In this document: in pieces, positions 49,371 to 59,963 of the stretch | Position numbering within the stretch: position 1 is the first letter of the stretch | How the letters are laid out: each line of letters begins with the position of its first letter | NCBI GenBank assembly: GCA_963715325.1 | Contig: CAVQRR010000013.1 | Coordinates: 192,060 to 256,059, forward strand | Source: an uncultured Acidimicrobiales bacterium | GTDB lineage: Bacteria; Actinomycetota; Acidimicrobiia; Acidimicrobiales; SZUA-35 | Direction: 5' to 3' | Length of the DNA: 64,000 bases | Notes under the pieces: generated by a model | Told to the model about the DNA's origin: nothing | The model's database searches: none | The model's input: the letters and a program-made list of their open reading frames with translations, nothing else | Program-made: the position numbers and the translations under genes

Positions 49371-50159
49371 ATGGTGGCTGCGGTGAACGCCACCGCCACC
49401 GCCGATGACCACGCCCTCGCCGCTCGTCTGGCCGGCGAGACCGGACAGCTCCTGGTCGAGCTCCGGGCCCGGATGGTCGACCAGGAAGCGGCACCGGACG
49501 CCATCAAGGACGCCGGCGACCTGGCGGCTCATCGTTTCATCATGACGACCCTCACTGCCGAGCGGCCGGGCGACGCAGTGCTGTCCGAGGAGGGGGCGCA
49601 GCAGTCCGGCCCGGCGTTGCAGCAGCGGCTGTCGGCCGAGCGAACCTGGATCGTCGATCCCCTCGACGGCACCAGGGAGTTCGGGGAGCATCCCCGCATC
49701 GACTGGGCGGTCCACATCGCCCTCGTCATCGGTGGCTCGCCGGTGGCCGGGGCGGTGGCCCTACCGGCCGAGCATCTGACCCTCGGCACCGATCCCGCTC
49801 CGGTGCTGCCCGAGGTCGATGCCGAGGCCAGGCCCCGAGTCATCGTCAGCCGGACCAGACGGCCGCCGGCAGCCCAGCGGCTGGCCAAGGAGTTGGACGC
49901 CGACTACATCGAGATGGGCTCGGCCGGCGCAAAGGCCATGGCCGTCGTCCGTGGCACGGCCGACATCTACGCCCACTCCGGGGGCCAGTTCGAATGGGAT
50001 TCCTGCGCCCCGGTTGCGGTGGCCGAAGCGGCCGGCTTGCACTGTTCCCGACTCGACGGGAACCCGCTGGTCTACAACAACGCCGACCCCTACCTGCCGG
50101 ATCTGTTGATCTGCCGCCGGGAATGGGCCGAGCGCTGCCTGGCGATCCTCAACCGCTGA
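49371..50159 (+). CDS. cysQ: 3'(2'),5'-bisphosphate nucleotidase / inositol monophosphatase family
   Basis: 262-aa ORF with LSEE, WIVDPLDGTREF and WDSCAP motifs. Confidence 0.8.
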   Translation: MVAAVNATATADDHALAARLAGETGQLLVELRARMVDQEAAPDAIKDAGDLAAHRFIMTTLTAERPGDAVLSEEGAQQSGPALQQRLSAERTWIVDPLDGTREFGEHPRIDWAVHIALVIGGSPVAGAVALPAEHLTLGTDPAPVLPEVDAEARPRVIVSRTRRPPAAQRLAKELDADYIEMGSAGAKAMAVVRGTADIYAHSGGQFEWDSCAPVAVAEAAGLHCSRLDGNPLVYNNADPYLPDLLICRREWAERCLAILNR

Positions 50160-50271
50160 TCGAACGGCACCGACGGTGCGGGCCGGTCCCGGCCAGGTCC
50201 ACCGGGGCCGCTCCTTGCTTTCTCCGACCGGCCGGTTCGGCCATCCGATCACCACCACCTAGCATCGGCCC

Positions 50272-51132
50272 ATGGACCTTCGAGCCACCGAGTACCGGAT
50301 CGTGGAGCGGACCGCGGTCATCACCCTCAGCCGCCCCCACCGGGGAAACGCCTGGACCGGTCGGATGCACGCCGAGTACAAGCACTGTGTCGCCATGGCC
50401 GAAGTCGACCCGGACGTTCGGGTGCTGGTGGTGACCGGGGCCGGGTCCGCATTCTGTGTCGGCGGCGACAGTGACGCCCTGGAGGGACACGCAGAGCGAG
50501 GTGGCTACGACGACGGCCTGGAAGCCGCAGGCGATCGCCTCAGCGGCGCCGGTGGAGCCGACGTCGACGGAGCCGGGGCTCGGCCGGCCGGCTTCGGACT
50601 TCATCCCGAGTTCGACCACCAGTTCAGCTTCCACTTCGGGCTGACCAAGCCGGTCATCGCCGCCATCAACGGCCCGGCGGCCGGCGTCGGTCTGGCGCTG
50701 GCGTGCTACGCCGACCTCCGTTTCGCCAAGCCCGGGGCCAAACTGACCACCGCCCACGGCAAGCTCAATCTCCCCCCGGAGTTCGGCCTGTCGTGGATGT
50801 TGCCCCGCCACATCGGCCTGACCAGGGCCATGGACCTGCTGCTGAGCTCCCGGGTCTTCCTGACCGACGAGGCGAAGGAACTGGGATTGATCAACCAACT
50901 CCATCCCGCCGAGGAGTTGTTGGACCGGACCCTGGACTACGCCGAGATGCTGGCCACGACGGTGTCGCCAGGATCGCTGACCGCCTCCCGCCAGCAGGTC
51001 TATCTCGATCAGCACCGCGGGATCGGGGTGTCGGTCGAGGAGTCACTGGAACTGCTGAGCGACATGATGGGTCACGCCGACTATCGCAAGGGCGTCGAGG
51101 CGCTCCGTTCCAAGCGGCCGCCCGACTTCTAG
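50272..51132 (+). CDS. Enoyl-CoA hydratase/isomerase family protein
   Basis: 286-aa ORF: VITLSRPHRGNAW..VLVVTGAGSAFCVGGD..IAAINGPAAGVGLALACYADLRF, with an insertion of about 35 aa relative to typical crotonases. Confidence 0.8.
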   Translation: MDLRATEYRIVERTAVITLSRPHRGNAWTGRMHAEYKHCVAMAEVDPDVRVLVVTGAGSAFCVGGDSDALEGHAERGGYDDGLEAAGDRLSGAGGADVDGAGARPAGFGLHPEFDHQFSFHFGLTKPVIAAINGPAAGVGLALACYADLRFAKPGAKLTTAHGKLNLPPEFGLSWMLPRHIGLTRAMDLLLSSRVFLTDEAKELGLINQLHPAEELLDRTLDYAEMLATTVSPGSLTASRQQVYLDQHRGIGVSVEESLELLSDMMGHADYRKGVEALRSKRPPDF

Positions 51133-51204
51133 ACTCCGAGCCGGACGGCTTTTGGCCGCCCGACCCACCGCCGCCCTCACCACTCGGCCAGACTGACAGG
51201 ATCT

Positions 51205-52891
51205 ATGGACCACGAAACCCTGGACCAACAACCTCCGGATCGAACGATGACCGACCCGACCGAGGCCGAGGTCGACAACGATCTCGACGCCGGCATCACC
51301 CTCCAGCCTCATCCCATCCCGGACGACCTGCATCTCGGGTCGTTCTCCGACAACCCGCCGTGGAGCCTGGCCACGAACGAGCTCTCGTGGTATCGAGTGG
51401 TGAAGATCCTCCGTCGCCAGCAGGCCCGGCAGCTTCCCCATCTCACCAGGCCGCCCCGAATACCACCGGCCCGCCGAGCCCTGACGGTCATCGCCGTCCT
51501 CGGCCGGGCTCTCGGTCTCTGGTACCTGCGGGATCGGGGCACCCCGGGATCCCGGGCCGGCCTTGCCAGAAGAATCAGGCTGGCCGCCGAACGGCTCGGC
51601 CCGACCTACATCAAGCTGGCCCAGATCATCAGTGCCGGCGAGGGTGTGTTTCCGGCCGAGTTGGTGGCGGAGTGCAAGAAGTGCCGCGATCAGGTCCCCG
51701 CCGTCGATTTCGAGCAGGTGGTCGAGGTGGTGGAAACCGAACTGGGCCGGCCGATGCATGAGGTGTTCCAGTCCTTCGACCGTGTGCCGTTGGCCGCGGC
51801 ATCCATCGCCCAGGTCCATGCCGCAGTGCTGCGGACCGGCGAGGAGGTGGTGGTCAAGGTCCAGCGGCCGGGGATCGACGCCCTCGTCCGCAAGGACCTT
51901 CGAGTGCTGAGTTGGATCGCCCCGTTCCTGGTCGGGCGGATCCCGGTGGCGGCCCTGGCCAACCCCCCGGCGTTGGTCGAGCTGTTCGCCGAGACCATCG
52001 TGGAGGAGTTGGACTTCCGGTTGGAGGCGGCCAACATGCTCGACGTGGCCGAGGTGTTCGTGAAACTGGATCAGCAGGGCTTCGTGGTTCCCCGACCCCA
52101 CCCCGATCACGTGACGAAACGGGTGCTGGTGATGGAGCGGCTGCGAGGCTTCAACTTCAACGACGTCGTCGGTATGAAGCAGGCGGGAGTGGACACCCAT
52201 GCCGTCATCCGGACCGGCATGATCGGATTCCTGGAAGGGGCGTTCCTTCACGGGGTGTTCCACGGTGACCTTCACGGAGGCAACCTGTTCGTCATGGCGG
52301 ACGGTCGGACCGCGCTGATGGACTTTCGGCATCACCGGCCGCCTCAGCGAGGAGGAACGGACCGCCTTTCTCCGAATGATGATGACCGCCACCACCAACG
52401 ACGTCCGGGGCCAGGTGGCGGCATTGCGCGACCTCGGTGCCCTCCCCCGAGACACCGACATCGATGCCGTGATCGCCGACCTCAAGCTCGACGGTCCCGC
52501 GTTCGATCCCACGACGCTTGCTCCCGAGGAACTGGTGAAGGAGATCCAGCAGGTGATCAAGGCGCTGCTCGGGTACGGGGCCCGGATGCCGAAGTCGCTG
52601 ATGCTGTACATCAAGAACCTGATCTTCATCGACGGGGCCATCGCAACCCTGGCCCCCGAGCTGGACATGTTCGCCGCCGTCACCGATGTCGCAACCCACT
52701 TCGCCACCGCCCACGGCACGACCATCGCCGCCCAGCTCGGTATGGCCCAGGAGTCGTGGGATCTCGATCTGGACGGGGTCAAGGCGGGGTTCGGGGTCGA
52801 TCCGTCGACGACCGACTCCCTGACCTACGCCGAGCTCAGGCAGCGCCGGGCCCTGATCCAGAAGCGCCTGAGCGGGCGGTCCCTGGGGTAG
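51205..52891 (+). pseudogene. ubiB: ABC1/UbiB-family atypical kinase, interrupted by an apparent 1-nt insertion at 52321-52329
   Basis: ORF 51205.. carries LGPTYIKLAQIIS..AAASIAQVH..VVKVQRPGI..HGDLHGGNLFV..MDF and then changes frame. ORF 52376..52891 continues the family C-terminus. Shortening TTT to TT in GACTTTCGGC restores MDFGITGRLSEEERTAFLRMMM. Confidence 0.8.
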
Positions 52892-53014
52892 ACCGATCAT
52901 CGCCACAAGAGCCGAGGCAGGCGGACCCTGAGGTGAGAGGTGAACCGATCATCGCTTCAAGAGCCGAGGCCGGCGATGTCGGCGGGGCGGTCCTCGAGAT
53001 GCTACACAAACAGG

Positions 53015-53674
53015 GTGCGTCTCCTGATTGCCGACTGCACCGTCGACTACGACGGTCGCCTCACCGCTCATCTGCCCCGGGCGACCCGGCTCATCATGGT
53101 CAAGGCCGACGGCTGTGTTGCCATCCACTCCGACGGCGGGGCCTACAAACCGATGAACTGGATGACAGCCCCCAATCTGCTGATCGAGAGCACCGATGCG
53201 TGGGTGGTGACCAATCCCAAGGGTGAGGCGCTGACCATCACCCTCCACCACATCCACAGCGACGTCGTCCATGACCTCGGGGAGGACCCGGGCCTGCGCA
53301 AGGACGGCGTGGAGGCACACCTCCAGGAGCTGCTGGCCGTCGATCCGGAACGGCTGGAGTCCGGCATGCGGCTGGTTCGCCGGGAATACCCGACCGAGAT
53401 CGGCCCCGTCGACCTGCTGTGCCGCGATGCCGACGGCAATGTGGTGGCGGTGGAGATCAAGCGGCGGGGCGAGATCGACGGCGTCGAGCAGCTGACCCGA
53501 TATCTGGAGTTCCTCAACCGTCAATCGGACCTGTCGCCGGTGCGGGGCATGTTCGTTGCCCAGGAGATCAAGTTGCAGGCAAAGACGCTGGCCTCGGATC
53601 GGGCCATCGACTGGGTGGAGGTCGACTACGACGAGCTGCGAGGCATCGAGCGACCGCAGCAGAAGTTGTTCTGA
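53015..53674 (+). CDS. nucS: Endonuclease NucS (EndoMS)
   Basis: In-frame GTG at 53015: [67 protein letters not shown], which are characteristic NucS motifs. Confidence 0.9.
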   Translation: MRLLIADCTVDYDGRLTAHLPRATRLIMVKADGCVAIHSDGGAYKPMNWMTAPNLLIESTDAWVVTNPKGEALTITLHHIHSDVVHDLGEDPGLRKDGVEAHLQELLAVDPERLESGMRLVRREYPTEIGPVDLLCRDADGNVVAVEIKRRGEIDGVEQLTRYLEFLNRQSDLSPVRGMFVAQEIKLQAKTLASDRAIDWVEVDYDELRGIERPQQKLF

Positions 53675-53709
53675 GCACCGGCGGCCGGTACCGGCCGCCG
53701 GAGCTGCAG

Positions 53710-54594
53710 TCAGGTGAAGCTCACGCCCCCGTTGTCGAGCACCACTCGACCGTCGTCGCCCGTGGTCTGGAAGATGGCCCTGCGACCCTCGGAGCCGCCC
53801 TCACCGTCGTTCCATACCCTGATGGTCAACGCCTCGCCCGGTAGGACCGGCGACGTGAAACGACCTTCCATGGCCTTGAACCGGTCCGGTTCGGAATCGC
53901 ACAGCGTATGGAGCAGTGCCCGGCCGGTGAATCCATAGGTGCACAGCCCGTGGAGAATCGGCTTCGGGAAGCCACCGGCGTCAGAGAACTGCTTGTCGGA
54001 GTGCAGCGGGTTGCGGTCGCCACAGAGCCGGTACAGCAGGGCCTGGTCCGGGCGGGTCTGATAGGTGACCTCGTAGTCCGGGGACCGGTCCGGGGCCACG
54101 TTGGCCTTCTCGGTCGGGCCCCGGTCGCCACCGAATCCACCCTCGCCGACGATGAACACCGATGAGGTGGTCTCGTACAGCGGCTCACCGTCCTCGACGA
54201 GGTTGGCGACCGTCCTGGTGGCGATCACCGCCCCCTTGCCCTTGTCGTAGATGCCGGTGATCTCATCGACCATGTCGACTTCGCCGCTGGTGGGGATGGG
54301 GCGATGGAGCTCGATGCCCTGCTCACCGTGGACCAGCATCCGGTTGTCCCAGGTGCCGGCCTGGCTCATGGCCGAACGGCCACCCCGCCCGTTGAACCCG
54401 GCGACGACGACAAAGGTCGGGAAGACCTTCTGATCGACCCCTTTGGTGTTCTCGGTTGTGAACTCCAGCTCCTCACCGACCGGGTCGGCGACCCCGGCCC
54501 CGATGCCGAGGGCGTAGAGCAGGCAGGCGTCGGCGTCCCATGATGCTCGGCGCGGCTCGCCCTTGGCGCCTACTGCTTGTGGATTGACAGGCAT
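53710..54594 (-). CDS. MaoC-family (R)-specific enoyl-CoA hydratase, double hot-dog
   Basis: From the ATG at 54594 (294 aa): an N-terminal hot-dog, then YRLCGDRNPLHSDKQFS..GFPKPILHGLCTYG, the hydratase 2 motif. Confidence 0.8.
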   Translation of the reverse strand: MPVNPQAVGAKGEPRRASWDADACLLYALGIGAGVADPVGEELEFTTENTKGVDQKVFPTFVVVAGFNGRGGRSAMSQAGTWDNRMLVHGEQGIELHRPIPTSGEVDMVDEITGIYDKGKGAVIATRTVANLVEDGEPLYETTSSVFIVGEGGFGGDRGPTEKANVAPDRSPDYEVTYQTRPDQALLYRLCGDRNPLHSDKQFSDAGGFPKPILHGLCTYGFTGRALLHTLCDSEPDRFKAMEGRFTSPVLPGEALTIRVWNDGEGGSEGRRAIFQTTGDDGRVVLDNGGVSFT

Positions 54595-54629
54595 GTGTTC
54601 TCCTCTTGACCGAACCCGACGGGTTCTCG

Positions 54630-55559
54630 CTAGTACGGGGTGGGGCGACCGGGTCCGGTGACCGGCGCTCCCTGCATATCGCTGTTGGGCTGGGCCTCGT
54701 TCATCAGCTTCTGGACGAGCGGGCCGATCTCGTTGGGGTCGTCGACCGGCTCCACCGTCGGGCCCCGGTGCCACATGTTGGCCACACCGAGCACTCGGCC
54801 GCTGGCTTCGAAGACCCTACCGGTCACCATCGACGATTCGCTGCTGGCCAGCCAGGTGCAGATCGGGGCGATCCAGCGGGGGTCCATGGCCGCCTTGCCG
54901 GCTTCGTCCATCTCACCCATCCCGAGGTTCTCGGTCATCCGGGTGAGGGCGCCGGGGGCGATGGCATTGACCGTCACCCCGTAGCGGTGCAACTCCTGGG
55001 CCGCGATGATCGTGAAGGCGGCGATGCCGGCCTTGGCTGCGCCGTAGTTCGTCTGCCCGGGATTGCCGTAGATGCCGGAGACCGAGCTGGTGTTGATGAT
55101 CCTGCCGTCGTTGGTCTCGCCGGCCTTTGCCCGCTCCCGCCAGTAGGCGGCAGCCCACCGGGACGGGGCGAAGGTGCCCTTGAGGTGCACCTTGATCACC
55201 GCATCCCATTCGGCCTCGGTCATGTTGCTCAGCATGCGATCCCGGAGAATGCCTGCGTTGTTGACGACCACGTCGAGCCCACCGAAGGTCTCGATGGCCG
55301 AGTTCACCATGCGTTGGGCGCCCTCCCAGTCCGACACGTCGTCGCCGTTGGCGATGGCCTCGGCCCCCATGCCCTTGATCTCCTCGACGACTTCCTGTGC
55401 CGGCGACAGGGTGCCACCGGTTCCATCGACCTCGCCGCCGAGGTCGTTGACAACGACCTTGGCGCCATGGCTGGCCAGCATCAGCGCATGCTCTCGACCG
55501 ATGCCACGGCCGGCACCGGTCACGATCGCTACTCTTCCCTCACACAATCCACTCATCAC
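54630..55559 (-). CDS. SDR-family oxidoreductase (MFE-2/17beta-HSD4 dehydrogenase-like)
   Basis: 309-aa ORF with VTGAGRGIGRE, NNAGI and the YGAAK catalytic motif. It is co-directional with and immediately upstream of the MaoC gene. Confidence 0.8.
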   Translation of the reverse strand: MMSGLCEGRVAIVTGAGRGIGREHALMLASHGAKVVVNDLGGEVDGTGGTLSPAQEVVEEIKGMGAEAIANGDDVSDWEGAQRMVNSAIETFGGLDVVVNNAGILRDRMLSNMTEAEWDAVIKVHLKGTFAPSRWAAAYWRERAKAGETNDGRIINTSSVSGIYGNPGQTNYGAAKAGIAAFTIIAAQELHRYGVTVNAIAPGALTRMTENLGMGEMDEAGKAAMDPRWIAPICTWLASSESSMVTGRVFEASGRVLGVANMWHRGPTVEPVDDPNEIGPLVQKLMNEAQPNSDMQGAPVTGPGRPTPY

Positions 55560-55835
55560 TACCTCTTCTCGCTCGATTGTCCATTGGTGCCCGGTCGACC
55601 GCCGTGTTGTCGGATGTGGATCGGTCGGCCGACACCTGCGACCCGGTGGGATCCGGGGCGAGGCGATCGACGACTCGACCGCAGATGGCTTGCCGTTGAC
55701 GATGTCGGTGTTCGCCCGTCACCGCCAGCCCTCGATCATGTCACAAGTGGCGGTTGTGGCGAAAAAGAACGGGGTCGACCGAGGTCGATCCGCCCCGGTG
55801 GTAGATTGTGAGTCGGCCGTAGCCGGTATGACCTC

Positions 55836-56545
55836 ATGCATCGATCATCACGTGAAAGAATGGACCGGGAGAGCGAGGACGGCGAGGGCATGGAGCCATC
55901 CGATTCGGTAGACGACGAGTATCCTGCCTCCGCCCCCGACGGCGAGGCAACGAGCGACGGCATCACCATCGTCGACTCCGAGGGCGGGAGACCGTCCGAA
56001 CCTGCGAAACCGACGTTCCCCTCCGCCAGGAGAAGCAACGACGATCAGCAGGGCGTATCGGTCAACGGAGGAGCAGACCCGATCAGCGAAGCGGACCCGG
56101 ACCCGATGTCGGTCGATCAATGGCTGGCCGAGGCCGGCGCCGATCGATCGTCGGCGAGCGGCGACTCGATCGTGGCCCCAGCCGCCACGATTGCAACGGG
56201 CGCCCCGGCGAACGCCGGCCGTGACAGCGCCCCCGGGGGCGACGGCACCGGTCCTGGCGACGAAACCGTCCCCGGCGATGGCGCCGCCGTCGGCGACGGG
56301 CCCGCCGACCCGTCGGTCGTGGAGATCGATGCGTTGACCGCGGCAGTGGCCGCAGGCGGGATCGACGGTGCGGCCGGGAGCGCAGCACAGCTCGAGCCGA
56401 GCGACGCCGTCTTCGACCAGACCCGACACTACGACGCCCTCCCCGACCAGACCCAGCACTACGACGCCCTCCCCGACCAGACCCGAGCACTACGACGCCC
56501 TCCCCGACCAGACCCAGCACTACGACGCCCTCCCCGACCAGACCG
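55836..56545 (+). CDS. Acidic, disordered reading frame that would form the N-terminus of the VanW-family protein if one base near 56485 were removed
   Basis: ORF 55836..56867 has GC3-rich codons up to the DQTxHYDALP repeats. After repeat unit 3 the coding signal continues in the frame of ORF 56368..58488. Confidence 0.45.
56415..56544 (+). repeat. 30-bp tandem repeat x4.3 (GACCAGACCCAGCACTACGACGCCCTCCCC = DQTQHYDALP); unit 3 is 31 bp
   Basis: Units at 56415-56444, 56445-56474, 56475-56505 (31 bp, CCCGAGCAC versus CCCGACAC/CCCAGCAC) and 56506-56535, plus a partial unit. Confidence 0.9.
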
Positions 56546-56622
56546 AGGAAGCCCCCATCACCGGCACCCCGCCCAACTCGTCCGACCCTTCGGTCGCAAC
56601 CCCGGCCCTGGCCGGTGCCACG

Positions 56623-58488
56623 ATGGCATCGGTGCAGCGACGGCGACTGCCGGTGCTCAAGCTCCTGGTGGCGGCCGTGGTCGGCCTGTACCTGCTGGTG
56701 ACCGTCGCCTGGGGGATCGATATGGCAGGACACCAGGGCCAGGCGATGCGGGGCGTACACCTGGCAGCCGTCGACGTCGGTGGCTCGAACCGCGACCAGC
56801 TCAACGCCACGGTCGGCGAGCTGACCGATCAGCTGGCGGCCCGACCGCTGGAGATCAACATCGGTGAGACCAGCGTGGCCAGCGATCCGGTCAGCCTCGG
56901 GGCCGGACTCGACGCCGCCACAATGGTGGACGAGGCGTTACAGGCAAGACGGGACGGGCTCTTCTTCCTCCGGCCTCTGAGCTGGGTCGGCAACTTCTTC
57001 AGCGACTACACGGTCGAGCCGTCGTACTCGGTCGACGGGGAGACCGCGGTCGATGCCACCGCCACACTGATCGAACCGGCGCTCGATCAACCGGTGGAAC
57101 CGACACTGCAACTCCAGGGCGAGAAGATGACGGTTGCACCGGGGTCACCGGGCGAGGCCATCGATCCCCAGGACATCGTGGCCCAGCTGCCGGCGGTTAT
57201 CGAAGGCGGCGAACCGTACCGGCTCGAGCTGGAGGCGCAGGTCACCGAGCCGGAGCTCGAAACGTCCGTGGTGGTCGCTCTCGCCGATGAGATCAACCGC
57301 CAGACCGACCAGCCGATCTCGGTCCAGGTTCTCGATGACGAAGCCGAGGTGCCGTCAAGCGTCCAGAAGGCCTGGATCGACCTCGTCGTCGAAGGTGGCG
57401 CTGCCCGTTGGGTTGTCGTCGAGGAACGGGCGCTGCAGGATCTCAAGCCGTTGTTCCCCGCCCTGGGCTCCGAAGATCAGCAAGCCAGATTCAGCATCGT
57501 CGACGGTGAGCCGGTCATCATCCCGGCCTCCGAATCGGTGGTGTGCTGTGCCGCCGGCTCCGGGGAGCTCCTGCAGGCGGCGATCGAAGGCGACGTCCCC
57601 GCCTCGGCAGGCGATGCTGAGTCCAGTGACGACGAGGAGGCCCAGGCACTGCGGTCGGCCACGCTGGAGCCGATCATCACCGACCGCGATGAAGGGGTGG
57701 CGGAACTCGAGTCGCTCGGGATCATCGAGGAGGTCAGCAGCTTCACCACCGAGCACGCCTGCTGCCAAAACCGGGTCATCAACATACAGCGGTTCGCAGA
57801 CCTGATGCAGGGCGTGATCATCCGGCCCGGTGAAGAGTTCTCTCTCAATGGGTTCGTCGGCCAGCGGACAACGGAGAAGGGGTTCGTCGCTGACGGCGCC
57901 ATCGCCCGCGGCAACTTCGAACAGCAGGTCGGCGGTGGCATCAGCCAGTACGCCACCACCTTCTTCAACGCAGCATTCTTCGCCGGCGTCGAATTCGTCG
58001 AGTACCAGTCGCATTCGATCTACATCTCCCGCTATCCACGAGGCCGCGAGGCCACGATCTCGTGGACGAAACCGGACCTCAAGATCCGCAACAACACCGA
58101 CTACGGGATCCTGGTCTGGAACGAGTACACCCCGACCTCGATAACGGTCAACTTCTACTCCACCAAGCATCTGACCGTCGAGGCCTTGCCGCTCAAACGA
58201 TCGTCGAATCGCCAGTGCCGCATCGACATCACGCCGCGACGGATCACCTACCCCGACGGCTCCCAGACCGAGGACCAGGTGTTCGCCACGTACCGCCCGG
58301 GCGAAGGCCTCGATTGCAACGGGAACTCCACCGACCCCGAAGAGGAAGACGAGCCTCCGACCACCAACCAGACCACACCGACGACCCAGCCACCGCCCGC
58401 CCCCGCCCCCACGCCAACCACCACCCCCGCCCCCGCCCCCGCCCCCGAGCCGGACCCTGACCCCGAGGTCCTGCCGCCACCGGGGTGA
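56623..58488 (+). CDS. VanW-family protein (single TM anchor, large extracytoplasmic region, Pro/Thr-rich C-terminus)
   Basis: This is the minimal CDS, from the ATG at 56623 (MASVQRRRLPVLKLLVAAVVGLYLLVTVAW). The VanW core is NIQRFADLMQGVIIRPGEEFSLNGFVGQRT..GGGISQYATTFFNAAFFAG..ISRYPRGREATI. Confidence 0.8.
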   Translation: MASVQRRRLPVLKLLVAAVVGLYLLVTVAWGIDMAGHQGQAMRGVHLAAVDVGGSNRDQLNATVGELTDQLAARPLEINIGETSVASDPVSLGAGLDAATMVDEALQARRDGLFFLRPLSWVGNFFSDYTVEPSYSVDGETAVDATATLIEPALDQPVEPTLQLQGEKMTVAPGSPGEAIDPQDIVAQLPAVIEGGEPYRLELEAQVTEPELETSVVVALADEINRQTDQPISVQVLDDEAEVPSSVQKAWIDLVVEGGAARWVVVEERALQDLKPLFPALGSEDQQARFSIVDGEPVIIPASESVVCCAAGSGELLQAAIEGDVPASAGDAESSDDEEAQALRSATLEPIITDRDEGVAELESLGIIEEVSSFTTEHACCQNRVINIQRFADLMQGVIIRPGEEFSLNGFVGQRTTEKGFVADGAIARGNFEQQVGGGISQYATTFFNAAFFAGVEFVEYQSHSIYISRYPRGREATISWTKPDLKIRNNTDYGILVWNEYTPTSITVNFYSTKHLTVEALPLKRSSNRQCRIDITPRRITYPDGSQTEDQVFATYRPGEGLDCNGNSTDPEEEDEPPTTNQTTPTTQPPPAPAPTPTTTPAPAPAPEPDPDPEVLPPPG

Positions 58489-58533
58489 TGCCCGATCCGG
58501 CCCGCAGGCCCGTCGCCCTCTATCCTGTCGGCG

Positions 58534-59793
58534 GTGGTTGATCTGCACGCTGACATCGCGATCATCGGCGGCGGACCCGGCGGAGCGGCGGCGGCCGTCG
58601 AGGCGGCCGGCCGCGGTCTCGACGTGGTCGTCGTAGACAAGAGTCGGTTTCCCCGCGACAAGTGCTGTGGCGACGGGCTCACCACCGGTGCGCTACGACA
58701 CCTCGACCAGTTGGGCTTCGACCCGGCTGCGGTCCCCAGCTGGCGAACGGTCACGAAGGTCTCGGTGAGGACGCCGGCCGGTCGCCGGCGACTGTTCCCA
58801 CTCCCGGACCCCGAAGACGGTGACAGCGGCGTTTTCGGTGCGGTTGCCAGGCGCCGCCAGTTCGACGCCGCGTTGCTCGACCTCGCCCGTCGTTCAGGGG
58901 CCGTGGTACATGAGGGTCATGAACTCGTCGGCCTCCACCAGGATCGATCTCGGGTCGCAGCCACCGCCGTCGGGCCGGACGGCCCGCTGACGATCGAGGC
59001 CCGCTACGTGATCGCCGCCGATGGCATGTGGTCGCCGACCAGGAAACTACTCGGCATCGACACCGGCGGCTATCGAGGAGACTGGCATGCGTTCCGCCAG
59101 TACTTCACGAATGTGACCGGGCCCGCCAGTTGTCATCTGTTCGTCTGGTTCGAACCGGACCTGCTTCCCGGCTACGCCTGGTCGTTCCCGGTCGACACCA
59201 ACTCGGCCAATGTCGGGTTCGGCATCCTGCGCAGACAGGGCCAATCGGTACAGGCGATGAAGCAGCTCTGGCCCCGACTGCTGCAACGGGCCCACGTCGT
59301 GGAGGCGCTCGGCGCCGAGGCGGAGCCCGAGGCCCCCCATCGGGCATGGCCGATCCCGACCAGGCTGGGGGAGCTTCCGATCGCAGACGGAAGGGTGTTG
59401 TTCGTCGGCGATGCGCTGGCCGCCGGCGACCCGATGACCGGGGAGGGCATCGGTCAGGCCATCGAGACCGGCCGCTCGGCCGTCGCCGCCGTCACCGATG
59501 CCGATCGCTCGGCTCTTCCGGCCACCGTCGGGGCCGAGGCGGTTCGTGATCGGTATGAGCATGAGCTCCGCCGGGGCATGATGCGAGACCATCGCCTCGC
59601 CGCCGGGCTGTCGGGATTGCTCTCGACCAGCCGGGGGGTCGACGCCGCAGTGTCGATCGCCGGGGCCACCAGCTGGTCGAGGAGCAACTTCGCCCGGTGG
59701 TTGTTCGAGGACTATCCCCGGGCCTCGCTGGCCACCCCTCGTCGGTGGCGGCGGGGGCTCTTCAGTTCCCCTGGAGCGTTCGCCGGTCGATGA
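58534..59793 (+). CDS. Geranylgeranyl reductase family FAD-dependent oxidoreductase (MenJ-like)
   Basis: 419-aa ORF (GTG start): DIAIIGGGPGGAAAA..VVDKSRFPRDKCCGDGL..GDALAAGDPMTGEGI. Confidence 0.8.
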   Translation: MVDLHADIAIIGGGPGGAAAAVEAAGRGLDVVVVDKSRFPRDKCCGDGLTTGALRHLDQLGFDPAAVPSWRTVTKVSVRTPAGRRRLFPLPDPEDGDSGVFGAVARRRQFDAALLDLARRSGAVVHEGHELVGLHQDRSRVAATAVGPDGPLTIEARYVIAADGMWSPTRKLLGIDTGGYRGDWHAFRQYFTNVTGPASCHLFVWFEPDLLPGYAWSFPVDTNSANVGFGILRRQGQSVQAMKQLWPRLLQRAHVVEALGAEAEPEAPHRAWPIPTRLGELPIADGRVLFVGDALAAGDPMTGEGIGQAIETGRSAVAAVTDADRSALPATVGAEAVRDRYEHELRRGMMRDHRLAAGLSGLLSTSRGVDAAVSIAGATSWSRSNFARWLFEDYPRASLATPRRWRRGLFSSPGAFAGR

Positions 59794-59963
59794 CGGCGGG
59801 TCTGGCCGGTGGGGCGATCCGCTGCCGAGCCGTCACCGATCCTCCCCCGACCGGGAACAAAACGGATGACGATCTGACAACGGTCACCCGGCCGCGCTAT
59901 AACCAGAAGTGCGAGGTGTTGGCCGCCAACGGCATAGGTGGTGGCCACTTCGCAAAGGTATAG
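59790..59963 (+). CDS. Possible small ORF (57 aa) translationally coupled to the reductase gene
   Basis: The ATG at 59790 overlaps the upstream TGA (ATGA). Sequence is MTAGLAGGAIRCRAVTDPPPTGNKTDDDLTTVTRPRYNQKCEVLAANGIGGGHFAKV, with GC3 of roughly 80 percent. I recognised no homology. Confidence 0.3.
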   Translation: MTAGLAGGAIRCRAVTDPPPTGNKTDDDLTTVTRPRYNQKCEVLAANGIGGGHFAKV

